27,577 bases of DNA. Origin: a bacterium. Lineage in GTDB: Bacteria; Cyanobacteriota; Vampirovibrionia; Gastranaerophilales; Gastranaerophilaceae. Positions 1-8,470 of the stretch are shown here, in pieces. The first letter of the stretch is position 1. Every line of letters begins with the position of its first letter. The stretch is from positions 1 to 27,577 of the forward strand of contig CAVEOW010000001.1 of the NCBI GenBank assembly GCA_963617295.1, read 5' to 3'. The notes beneath the pieces were generated by a model. The model worked only from the letters and a program-made list of their open reading frames with translations. It was not told the origin of the DNA and ran no database searches. Made by a program: the position numbers and the translations under genes.

Positions 1-1
1 G

Positions 2-100
2 CATACAGCTAAAGCACACGTTTGCAGTATTCTTCAAAAACTTTGCGTTGATGACCGAGTGCAGGCTGCAGTAAAAGCAATTCAAGAAAAAATTATATAA
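2..100 (+). CDS. 3' end of NarL/LuxR-family response regulator (HTH), truncated by window start
   Basis: Frame 2 reads HTAKAHVCSILQKLCVDDRVQAAVKAIQEKII*, matching the LuxR HTH C-terminal pattern (TVKxHVxxILxKLxVxDRxQAA). Confidence 0.85.
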   Translation, partial: HTAKAHVCSILQKLCVDDRVQAAVKAIQEKII

Positions 101-104
101 TAAG

Positions 105-145
105 TAAAAAGATTTATACATTTTGTATAAATCTTTTTATTTTTT
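105..145 (+). terminator. Intrinsic terminator after the regulator
   Basis: Perfect inverted repeat taaaaagatttataca-ttt-tgtataaatcttttta (105-139) followed by a T tract. Confidence 0.75.
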
Positions 146-147
146 GC

Positions 148-179
148 TTTACAAAAAAATATTTTTTTATTAATATAAT
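148..179 (+). promoter_or_regulatory. Putative sigma70 promoter for tRNA-Ser
   Basis: TTTACA (148-153), 17 bp, TAATAT (171-176), overlapping TATAAT (174-179) just upstream of the tRNA; AT-rich context lowers specificity. Confidence 0.45.
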
Positions 180-189
180 ATTACGCAAC

Positions 190-276
190 GGAGGAGTGCC
201 GGAGCGGTTGATCGGAGCGGTCTTGAAAACCGTCGTACGTGCGAGCGTACCGTGGGTTCGAATCCCACCTCCTCCT
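190..276 (+). tRNA. tRNA-Ser(TGA)
   Basis: Acceptor stem ggaggag/ctcctcc, anticodon arm gcggt-ctTGAaa-accgt, long variable arm gtacgt-gcga-gcgtac, T arm gtggg-ttcgaat-cccac; no encoded CCA. Confidence 0.95.
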
Positions 277-280
277 AATA

Positions 281-317
281 AAAACGGGCTAGCATTTGTT
301 AGACCCGTTTTTATTTT
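281..317 (+). terminator. Intrinsic (probably bidirectional) terminator after tRNA
   Basis: aaaacgggctagca...tgttagacccgtttt hairpin flanked by A and T runs. Confidence 0.75.
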
Positions 318-359
318 GCAATAGTATAACTAGACATGTAATTTAATGAGTAGTTTGGT

Positions 360-573
360 TTGCACGGGAAGTGTGGTATTTTTGTGAAATGAGGCTACAC
401 AAGGGCGTTTTCACGGTCGGAAAAACCATACCATTCGTTACACAAAGTACTCCAAAAGTCCCATTTTGTACTCACTAACGGAAATGTTCTCATGGGGTTT
501 TAAAGAGAGATATAGCCTGTGTTTTAGCGTTTATTTATCTTTGCACGGATAAAATGATTATTTCCGAAATGAG
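360..573. repeat. Imperfect direct repeat TTGCACGG-N17/18-GAAATGAG (360-393 and 541-573), candidate transposase-binding sites
   Basis: Both 8-mers recur at matching spacing; tccgaaa also recurs at 563, 589 and 601. Confidence 0.45.
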
Positions 574-819
574 ACATTTGAAATTTGAGTCCGAAAGAGT
601 TCCGAAAAATTAGGAAAAAATTTTTTTCAAAATTCCTGTGGCTTGGATTTTTTAATTGATTCAGAAAAGACGCAAAGGCTGGAATTAATATTCTATAAAT
701 TTTTATTTAAAATTTATTTTAAGTTATTTTGCGCATAGATTTTAAAATTATACAACATGTAAAAAGTGGTTTTATTTTTTCTTAGAAGTTGTTATTCTTA
801 TTTCAAAAGGAGAAATATA

Positions 820-1134
820 ATGAGTTGGATATATTTAATACTTGCAATTATTTTTGAAACAATTGGAACAACTGGATTAAAACTATCAAACGGTTTCTCA
901 GTTTTATTGCCATCTGTGGGAACTGTTGTTTCTTATATTCTTTGTTTTTTATTTCTTTCCTATGCTTTAAAAACAATAGATATGAGCGTGTGTTATGCAA
1001 TTTGGGGTTCATTAGGAATCTTATTAATTAGTATAATTGGAATGGTATTTTTACACGAGTCTATAAGTTTTATAAAAATAGCATCTATTTTATTAATTAT
1101 TCTTGGGACGATTGGTTTAAGACTTGCTAATTGA
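820..1134 (+). CDS. SMR (DMT superfamily) multidrug/quaternary ammonium efflux transporter, EmrE/QacE-like
   Basis: 104 aa, four hydrophobic helices, WIYLILAIIFE with the conserved membrane Glu, LKLSNGF, YAIWGSLG; RBS aggag (808-812) favours ATG 820 over GTG 766. Confidence 0.9.
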   Translation: MSWIYLILAIIFETIGTTGLKLSNGFSVLLPSVGTVVSYILCFLFLSYALKTIDMSVCYAIWGSLGILLISIIGMVFLHESISFIKIASILLIILGTIGLRLAN

Positions 1135-1199
1135 CAATTGATTCGGAAACGACACAAAGGTCGGAATCGATGTTCCAATTTTTCTGATTCAGAGGTAAT

Positions 1200-2474
1200 G
1201 TGTCAGTACCATGGCGGATTTTGACAAGGCTGAGCATAGCGAATGCCGTCCCTGTGAAAAATCTGTCGGAATGGAGTTTTTACGAAAGGAAAAACGTAAT
1301 GGAGTGCAAAGATTTAGAACCGTCAATAATCCAAGACGAAAAACTTAGAGAGGGTAATCCAAAATCAACATCACTTGTACCACTCAATTATCAACCGACA
1401 ACATTTGTATCAGAGAGTGCAAGATTAACTTCCCTTGCAAGATTAGATATTGTAAAAGCACTTTTAAATTATCGCAAGAGATTTACAACTAAAAAAGAAG
1501 CCGATTCAATGTTTTTGGATTTGTACAATTCTGGAATGTACTTACCTAAAGTTTTTAAATTTATCGGAACAATATCAATCGGCACACTTCACCGTTGGGT
1601 TAAAAGTTATGAAAGATATGAAAACGCAGAGTGCCTTATTCCACAGTATAAATTTAATAAACAGGGTGAATACAACACAATTCTAACTGATGAAATGAAA
1701 CACGTTTTACTTCGTTTTTTACTTCATCAAAATAAATTTAACTATGGAAAAGCAATTAAACTAGCAAAAGAAATATTGAGAAAACAAGGATACGAAAATC
1801 TACCTTGTGATTTAACATTCAAAAGATATGCTGAAAACTTCAGAAAAAATAATTATGCTGAGTGGGTTTTAAAAAGAGAGGGTATGAAAGCATATCACGA
1901 TAAAATTGAACCATATATTGAAAGAGATATTTCAAAAATTGAAGTGGGAGATATAATCATTGCTGATGGACACGTTTTAAATTTCCAAGTTATCAATCCA
2001 TTTACAGGTAAGCCAACGAGAGCAACTCTCGTTGGCTTTTTAGATTGGAAATCAACAGCACTTGTTGGTTATGAAATTATGATGACCGAAAATACTCAAT
2101 GTATTGCATCAGCACTTCGTAACTCAATCCTTAATCTCGGAGTAATACCTAAAGTAGTTTATCAAGATAATGGTAGAGCTTTTAAGAGTAAATTCTTCCA
2201 AGGTTGTGACTTTGACGAAGATGGATTTAATGGGGTTTATGCAAATTTAAATATACATTCAGTTTTTGCTAAACCATATAATGCCAGAGCAAAAGTAATT
2301 GAAAGATTTTTTAAAGAGTTCCAAGAAGAATTTGAAAAAATGATGCCAAGTTATATTGGAACAAGTATTGAAGATAAACCAGCTTGGATGAAACGTGGTG
2401 AAAAATTACATTTAAAATTACACGAAAATGAAACTAATAATCACATACCAACAGTACAAGAATTGAGATTTTAA
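1200..2474 (+). pseudogene. Mu-type DDE transposase, C-terminally truncated (start uncertain)
   Basis: HTH (SIGTLHRW), DDE motifs ADGH / YQDNG / IERFF, KPYNARAK; ends abruptly at HIPTVQE without the Mu C-terminal domain. Confidence 0.8.
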
Positions 2475-2782
2475 GGGATATTCAAGATAACACAGGCACA
2501 CCAATAGTTTTGGTTGGAATGGGATTTGTTGATAAGAAAATATCTAGATTTAAACATTTTGAAGATAGAATTTACAAGAAAGTTAAATTTGAACATTTTG
2601 ATGAAAATGATATCAAAGAAATTCTTGAATCAATGACGGAGCTTAATTTTACGGATGATGCCATAACTTATCTAGCAACTCGAACAAATCAGTTTAGACA
2701 ACTAGTAAAACTAGTCAATAAAATCGAAAAGGTTGGTATTGGTGCGACGGTATTATTTGGGATGATTACGCAATTGATTTAA
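2462..2782 (+). pseudogene. C-terminal fragment of MuB-like AAA+ ATPase
   Basis: Frame from 2462 reads IEILRDIQDNTGTPIVLVGMG...RIYKKVKFE, the post-Walker B and sensor region; Walker A/B are absent; residues after ~2730 come from the phage gene in another frame. Confidence 0.75.
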
Positions 2783-3606
2783 TCCAAAACCATAAATGGA
2801 GCGTATCTTGTTCTTATGATGTAACTATGGCAAACGATGAGGGCGGCAGCGAAAACAACATAAAATACGATATAGAAATATTGGACGGGGTATTTAAACA
2901 TCTCGCAATTGTAGATAAGCCACGATATGAAAAGGCAAATATTATTTTTAACAGTAAAACGGTTGTTGTGAATGATGCCGATTTTGAAAGTAAACACCCA
3001 AGAGATGAGCAGGGTAGATTTACTAACATCCCGACAGACAATTACGGTTATTCAATAAAATTAATAAAATCTCAAAGAGAAAGTATAAATATGGGAAAGG
3101 CAATGTCTCAAGGTTTTTATCCCGAAGAACAAGTTAGAATTACCTTGCCCGGAAATACAAAAAAAGGTAAAGATTTACAACGTTTATTTGATGAAAATAA
3201 AAAATATAAAACTAATTACAGAATAAAATTTGCTTATAAAGACAATGAGTACAACCAATGGGTATGGGATGACGAAGCAGGCGATTTTATACCGAGTGCA
3301 AAGCCTATGTATTTCGATACGGAAGAACAAGCAAATGAATGGATAAAATCACAAGGTGATAATATTGTAAATCCAAAAACAAAACTTGTAGAAGAATGGC
3401 ATCATATTTCAGGAGGGGGAAAAAATAAACTTATTGATATTAACGACCTGGTAAAATTAGGGTTTAAAGTTGATACTTCAACCGCTAATAAAGAATTTAA
3501 ATTAAAAATAGTAAATAGTAATCCCATTTCATTTGAACAAGAATTTTTAAAAACCTTTTGTGAAGCGTTGACGGAGGTACTCGAAGAACAACGCTTGGGG
3601 GAGTAA
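2731..3606 (+). pseudogene. 5'-truncated DUF2213-type prohead protease with C-terminal cargo extension
   Basis: Frame is open from 2722 and reads GWYWCDGIIWDD...WSVSCSYDV...FKHLAIVDKPRYEKANIIFNS (DUF2213 C-half) upstream of and through ATG 2827, then FESKHPRDEQGRFT plus an unknown domain. Confidence 0.75.
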
Positions 3607-3656
3607 ATAACTCTTGCATAGATGCAACAGACCACTTCATTAGTCAATCCTTTTAT

Positions 3657-3684
3657 ATTATACCTAATTTAATCAAAAATTAAA
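3657..3684 (-). promoter_or_regulatory. Putative antisense promoter firing into the protease/cargo gene 3' end
   Basis: Minus strand TTTAAT-N16-TATAAT then ataAAAGGAttgactaATG. Confidence 0.45.
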
Positions 3685-3700
3685 TATAATATTAAACAAC

Positions 3701-3728
3701 TTTAAAAATAATAATTTAGAGCTATAAT
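3701..3728 (+). promoter_or_regulatory. Putative promoter of the 3759 gene
   Basis: TTTAAA-N16-TATAAT, RBS aaagga before ATG 3759. Confidence 0.5.
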
Positions 3729-3758
3729 TCACAATGCAATAAATAAAGGAAACATAAA

Positions 3759-4370
3759 ATGGATGAACTAAAAGAAAACTTAAAAACTTTACTTAGAAAA
3801 GCAATAAACAACGAAAAAGGCGACGACGAAAAAGGCGAGTGGATAACCATAAAAGGCACGCACGTTTTTATTCCCGAAGGTAAAACCGCTGAAGATGTCA
3901 TAAAAGAAAAAGGGTGGAAAGAAAAAGGGAAGTCAAACGAATTTAATCCCTCAGAAGGAAAGAAAGGTTATTCATTATCAAAAGAATATAAAAACCACGT
4001 TCAATTTGAAGGTGACAAAGAGTCGGGCGGATATCCGAGAAAAATACACAAAGATTTAGAATCAGCAAAGAAATTTTATGAATATAAAAAAGAAGGACAA
4101 GAAGGGGCGGAGAAACAAAACCTAAAAGAAAAAGGGAAACGAGGAGTTCCTGTTCGTGATTACCCTGTAATTGTTAGGAATCCACTTGGTGACGGCTTTG
4201 TTGTTGCAACTCATGGATTAGCTCAAAAACACGATTTAATTGAAGTTTATCCTGTAAATAGAGAAGATAACGTTAAAAACGGACTTTCAGAAATAATTAA
4301 AACCTGTAAACCGAATGCTCATGATTTAAAGATACTTAAAGGATTAGAAAATATTTTAAGCAGTAAATAA
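3759..4370 (+). CDS. Hypothetical head-associated cargo/moron protein
   Basis: 203 aa, good RBS, GEWITIKGTHVFI motif, terminal amphipathic helices. Confidence 0.75.
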   Translation: MDELKENLKTLLRKAINNEKGDDEKGEWITIKGTHVFIPEGKTAEDVIKEKGWKEKGKSNEFNPSEGKKGYSLSKEYKNHVQFEGDKESGGYPRKIHKDLESAKKFYEYKKEGQEGAEKQNLKEKGKRGVPVRDYPVIVRNPLGDGFVVATHGLAQKHDLIEVYPVNREDNVKNGLSEIIKTCKPNAHDLKILKGLENILSSK

Positions 4371-4407
4371 CTTCATTCTTCTATACTTTACTGATAACCC
4401 TTTCTTT

Positions 4408-4442
4408 ATATGCCTTGTTAGTTATGCGAGGCGTATTTTTTT
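4408..4442 (+). terminator. Intrinsic terminator after the 3759 gene
   Basis: atatgccttgt-loop-gcgaggcgtat (with G-U pairs) then T7. Confidence 0.65.
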
Positions 4443-4488
4443 AGAAATTTAATTTTACAAAATAATAGTAAGCAAAAAGGAGTAAAAT

Positions 4489-4980
4489 ATGGCATTACTT
4501 GATGACATTAAAGACCTCATTTTCAAAGTTGAAAATGAAAAATCCGAGGACAACAAAGATAAGGAAAAGGAGAAAGTCGATAACGAAAAAGTTGACAAAC
4601 GCAAACTTATTGACGAAGTCGGCGGCATTTTAAAAGGAAAAGTTGATGATGAAATTATACGTACAGTAATCGGTAAACTTGAAAAATTATCTTATGACGA
4701 GTCCGAAGATAGCAAAGTTGACAACAAAAAAGTTGACAACGAAGATGAGGACAAAGACAAACAAGAAACAAAAGATTTAAAAAAAGATGTCAAAGAAGAC
4801 GTTGAAAACAAATGCAAAAATTCTCTTGATAATTCAATTAATAATTCAAAAGGAGAAGATTTTTACGGCAAATTGATGAAAATTTATAATTCTTCGGTGG
4901 CTGTAAAAGAAGCTGACTCCGAATATATTTCAAGAGTTGACAGAGAAAAAGCAGCAGAAGATTACTTTAAAAGATCATAG
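4489..4980 (+). CDS. Putative head scaffolding protein
   Basis: Highly charged, repetitive (KVDN) 163 aa protein between protease and decoration/capsid genes; RBS aaggag. Confidence 0.6.
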   Translation: MALLDDIKDLIFKVENEKSEDNKDKEKEKVDNEKVDKRKLIDEVGGILKGKVDDEIIRTVIGKLEKLSYDESEDSKVDNKKVDNEDEDKDKQETKDLKKDVKEDVENKCKNSLDNSINNSKGEDFYGKLMKIYNSSVAVKEADSEYISRVDREKAAEDYFKRS

Positions 4981-4994
4981 AGGAGATTATAAAA

Positions 4995-5465
4995 ATGGTA
5001 CAACTTAATCAATTCGCACCGAATGAGCCTGTTGACGGGTTATATGTGTATCAAGCCAATTTGCCGCAATTACATAACCCGATTATATCAAACAATCAAA
5101 CTACGGCTCTCACTTATGGTGCTGTTATCACACTGGACTCTGCGGTAACAAATGCAGACGCACCTGTAATTAAACAAGCAGCCGTTACGGATGATGTATT
5201 CGGTATTATTGCATTCACCCCTGTTAAAGCCCAATTTGCAGCAGGTGAAAGAGTCGCTATTGCAAGAGTCAATGACATTATCTGGAAGAAAAAAGCTACC
5301 GGAGCTATCACAATGGGTGCTGCATTATACTTTAATGCCAATAACGAAGTTACTGCAACCGCAACCGCAGGTAATACAATAATCGGTAAGGCTATTACAT
5401 CAGCCGCAGCAAACGACAAGTTTGTACAAGTTGAGTTAAGCTTTGTAAAAACAGAAACTAATTAG
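4995..5465 (+). CDS. Capsid decoration/cement protein
   Basis: Ala/Thr-rich beta protein (GAITMGAALY...IIGKA) directly before the major capsid gene. Confidence 0.7.
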   Translation: MVQLNQFAPNEPVDGLYVYQANLPQLHNPIISNNQTTALTYGAVITLDSAVTNADAPVIKQAAVTDDVFGIIAFTPVKAQFAAGERVAIARVNDIIWKKKATGAITMGAALYFNANNEVTATATAGNTIIGKAITSAAANDKFVQVELSFVKTETN

Positions 5466-5476
5466 GGGGGATAAAA

Positions 5477-6502
5477 ATGACAAAAGAAATAGGAATTCTT
5501 TCAAAAGAAGAGTATAAAAATCAATTCCGTATAAATAACGCTGTCGCTTTTGCAAGCCCTGCTAATTACGGATTAGAAAAAACTTTAACAACTCTTACTC
5601 AAATTGTAGCAGGTGTTCAAAGACAAAAATTCTACACGGTTGACGGTGCATTAACCGACTATGTACCTATGGAATTAGGAACAGGAGCTTACGGGCAAGG
5701 TTTATTTCAATATACCGTAGCACAAGTCGGAGACCAATTTGAAACAGGTATTGTTCAACCCGGAAACGGTATCAACAAAGATGCAAACGTTGATATCGTA
5801 ATAGACGGTATAACAATTAAAAATAATTTCTGGAGAATGAAATATCAAGCTACAAAAGAGCTTGTTGAAATGGCTAGAGCAAATGCCGTTAACTTCTCTT
5901 ATATCGAAGAGCAAGAAACGGCAAGACTTAAAACCTATCAATTAGGTATTCAAAAAATAACATTCTTAGGAACTAACGACGGCTTGAATTACGGCTTGTT
6001 GAATAACCCTGATGTAACGGTAAATACATCTTTGTTACCTGCAAACTTAGGGACAATGACCACTGAACAATTATTCAACTTTGCAACAACCGCAGCTTCT
6101 ACTTTTTGGGCAAATTCAAACAGTACGGTATTCCCGAATACACTGTTAATTCCTACTCAACAATTAGGCGGTATTGCTGTTCCTATCAGCCAAACTTATC
6201 CGGTAGGAGAAACAAAACGAGAACTTATAGAAAGAGCATTTAAAGCAGCAGGAGCACCGCAAGACTTTAAAGTTCTTCATACTGCTTATAACAATAATGC
6301 AGGTACAGGCGGTACACAAAGATACGTATTGTATAATAGAGACCCCGAAGTTCTCAAAATGTATTTACCTAAACCTTATACACCTTATCCTTTATTCCCG
6401 ACAGGTGCATTGGATATGATTTCCGATGCGGAAGCACAATTTACAGGCGTATGGGTAAAACGTCCGAAAGAAGTTCTTTATTTGGATGTAACAACAGGTT
6501 AA
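5477..6502 (+). CDS. Major capsid protein (DUF2184/encapsulin-like HK97 fold)
   Basis: 341 aa; FLG...GLLNNPDV, PNTLLIP, RYVLYNRDPEVL..YLP, GVWVKRP motifs; position in operon. Confidence 0.85.
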   Translation: MTKEIGILSKEEYKNQFRINNAVAFASPANYGLEKTLTTLTQIVAGVQRQKFYTVDGALTDYVPMELGTGAYGQGLFQYTVAQVGDQFETGIVQPGNGINKDANVDIVIDGITIKNNFWRMKYQATKELVEMARANAVNFSYIEEQETARLKTYQLGIQKITFLGTNDGLNYGLLNNPDVTVNTSLLPANLGTMTTEQLFNFATTAASTFWANSNSTVFPNTLLIPTQQLGGIAVPISQTYPVGETKRELIERAFKAAGAPQDFKVLHTAYNNNAGTGGTQRYVLYNRDPEVLKMYLPKPYTPYPLFPTGALDMISDAEAQFTGVWVKRPKEVLYLDVTTG

Positions 6503-6508
6503 TGATAA

Positions 6509-6535
6509 AGGGGGATAATTTCCCCCCTCTATTTT
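6509..6535 (+). terminator. Hairpin after major capsid gene (terminator/attenuator)
   Basis: ggggga-taatt-tccccc followed by a T-rich stretch. Confidence 0.6.
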
Positions 6536-6557
6536 AAAGAAAAAGAAAAGAGGAAAA

Positions 6558-6839
6558 ATGCTGGTTAAAAATAACGCAAAAAGACCGATACAACATACTT
6601 TTTATAACAACAAACAAGGCTTACAGGTAGTTGAAATTGCAGGCGGCGAAATAAAAGAGATTGCAGATGATGTAGCGAAATTATGGCTTAAACATGGTTT
6701 AGTAACCGAATATATCGAACCGAAAAAAGCAAAAGAAGAAAAGGAAGAACTCCTTGAAAAAATTGCAAAATTAGAAGCTGAAAATGCAGAACTGAAAAAA
6801 GCAAAAGAAGAAACAAAAACATCTAAAAAAGGTAAATAA
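6558..6839 (+). CDS. Small phage head-region protein with coiled-coil C-terminus
   Basis: 93 aa, RBS gagga, coupled to next gene (taatg). Confidence 0.75.
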   Translation: MLVKNNAKRPIQHTFYNNKQGLQVVEIAGGEIKEIADDVAKLWLKHGLVTEYIEPKKAKEEKEELLEKIAKLEAENAELKKAKEETKTSKKGK

Positions 6840-7402
6840 TGACTTGTATTAATCCTACAGTAGAAGGCTTCAAAGCTCAATTTCCCGCACTCCCATATCT
6901 CCCCGAATACATATCGGGACAAGCCTATTTTAAAGGCGATATCGTTTATGTATATCCTAACTTTTACCAATCACTAACGGATGAAAATTTAACGAATGTA
7001 ACCGATACACAAAATTGGAAATTATATAATGATTCTGTCAACAATTATGTTACGGATGAACTTATATCAGAGGCTATCGGGGAAGCATCCATAAATTTTA
7101 ACTCAGATTTGTTTCCTGATAGCAACATGGCAAACAGAGTTTTTTATTATTTGGCGGGACATTATTTGGTTGTTGATATTAATAATTCTGTTACTCCGTT
7201 TAATATGGGATTTATGGGTTTTACCCAAAGTAAAAGTGTCGGGTCCGTGTCCGAAAGTTACGGAGTGCCGCAATGGATGTTAAACAATCCTATTCTGTCA
7301 GGGTACGCTCAAACGGGCTTTGGACGTAAATATTTAAGTCTTATTATGCCTTATTTGGTAGGAAACATTATTTATACCCAAGGGAGAGTTTATTTTGGCT
7401 AA
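6839..7402 (+). CDS. Head-tail adaptor (DUF4054-like)
   Basis: FKAQFP, YLAGHYL, SKSVGSVSESY, QTGFGRKYL motifs. Confidence 0.8.
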   Translation: MTCINPTVEGFKAQFPALPYLPEYISGQAYFKGDIVYVYPNFYQSLTDENLTNVTDTQNWKLYNDSVNNYVTDELISEAIGEASINFNSDLFPDSNMANRVFYYLAGHYLVVDINNSVTPFNMGFMGFTQSKSVGSVSESYGVPQWMLNNPILSGYAQTGFGRKYLSLIMPYLVGNIIYTQGRVYFG

Positions 7403-8078
7403 ATACGGGAAAAAAGTTAATAAATTCGGAAGAATAAACAAAGTTAGAGTTAATTTGGGCGGACTTGATGAACTGCTCGATAGCCTTAATAAAAAATATT
7501 CCGTAAAAGTTGGGATAATAGGTGAACACGCAACACAAAAGCACCCCGACAGCGATTTAACAAACGCTGAACTCGGGGCAGTACATGAATTTGGTGCAAC
7601 TATTAACGCTACAGAAAAAATGCGTGGGTTCTTTTGGCATAAATGGGGTATCCATAAAAGCAATAATCCCGTTGTAATTCCCACAAGGTCATTTTTGAGA
7701 ATGCCACTGCTTACTGCCGAGGGCAGAAAAGCAATAATTAAGAAAGTTATTGAGGCAAGTAAAGGAGATGAAGCATTAGCAGAATTTCTGACCACTAAAA
7801 ACAAAAAAGTATTCAATGAAAATGATGCAGCCGATAACTATCTGAGAGAAAAAATAAAAGGATATATAAACAAAGACTTTTTAGGAATGCTGGCTGAGCA
7901 AATAGGCATTGCTGCAGTTTCAAGAGTACAAGAAGCCTTTGAAACAAGCGGTTTTGGTAAATGGGCTCCGATAACTGATTTTACTAAAAATAACAGAACA
8001 GGTGATGCAAATAACCCCCCGTTACAAGATACAGGTGATATGTTAGAGGGGATACATTCTGAGGTTGTAAAACATTAA
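7395..8078 (+). CDS. Neck/virion morphogenesis protein
   Basis: VKVGI, NAELGAVHEFG, IPTRSFLR, WAP, PLQDTGDM motifs; TTG start. Confidence 0.8.
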   Translation: MAKYGKKVNKFGRINKVRVNLGGLDELLDSLNKKYSVKVGIIGEHATQKHPDSDLTNAELGAVHEFGATINATEKMRGFFWHKWGIHKSNNPVVIPTRSFLRMPLLTAEGRKAIIKKVIEASKGDEALAEFLTTKNKKVFNENDAADNYLREKIKGYINKDFLGMLAEQIGIAAVSRVQEAFETSGFGKWAPITDFTKNNRTGDANNPPLQDTGDMLEGIHSEVVKH

Positions 8079-8470
8079 TGTCATTAAATTTTAGCAGAAA
8101 CAGAAGCATAAGCAGTATGCTTTCTTCGGGCATGCCAAATATGGCTAACACTCTCAACGGGTGGGAAGTTCCGCTCACTCTTATAAAAATTATTCAAGAG
8201 GTAGATGAGGGAGATTTTTCTTATAAAGACCAAAAGATTAACTTTATGGGAGTAATCCAGCCGTTCTCTATGCAACAATTAGCACTTCTCCCCGATGGAC
8301 AGAGAAGCTGGAGCCATTATTGGATACATTGCAAAAGCGGAGCATTAAACCTTAATACTGCGGATAAAATTATTTTTAACAATAAAATGTTTAAAGTAAT
8401 TGGGAAAAAAGATTATTCACTAAACGGATATGTTGAGTATCACGTTATAACAGATTATACAGATGAATAA
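8078..8470 (+). CDS. Head closure/stopper protein
   Basis: GVIQP...LALLPDGQR, ADKIIFNNKMFKVIG..DYS.NGY; position in operon. Confidence 0.7.
   Translation: MSLNFSRNRSISSMLSSGMPNMANTLNGWEVPLTLIKIIQEVDEGDFSYKDQKINFMGVIQPFSMQQLALLPDGQRSWSHYWIHCKSGALNLNTADKIIFNNKMFKVIGKKDYSLNGYVEYHVITDYTDE

Larger units (their letters stand above)
337..2730 (+). mobile_element. Degenerate Mu-like transposable element remnant (end motifs, SMR cargo, truncated transposase and ATPase)
   Basis: DDE transposase plus MuB-like fragment; repeated TTGCACGG-N17/18-GAAATGAG upstream; the left boundary (TGT at 337) is a guess. Confidence 0.5.

Noticed and set aside
250..276. attR copy of the tRNA 3' end
   Set aside because: No second copy noticed in the window; the prophage runs past the right edge
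337..620. CRISPR array
   Set aside because: Repeats are only 7-8 bp and irregularly spaced; no cas genes
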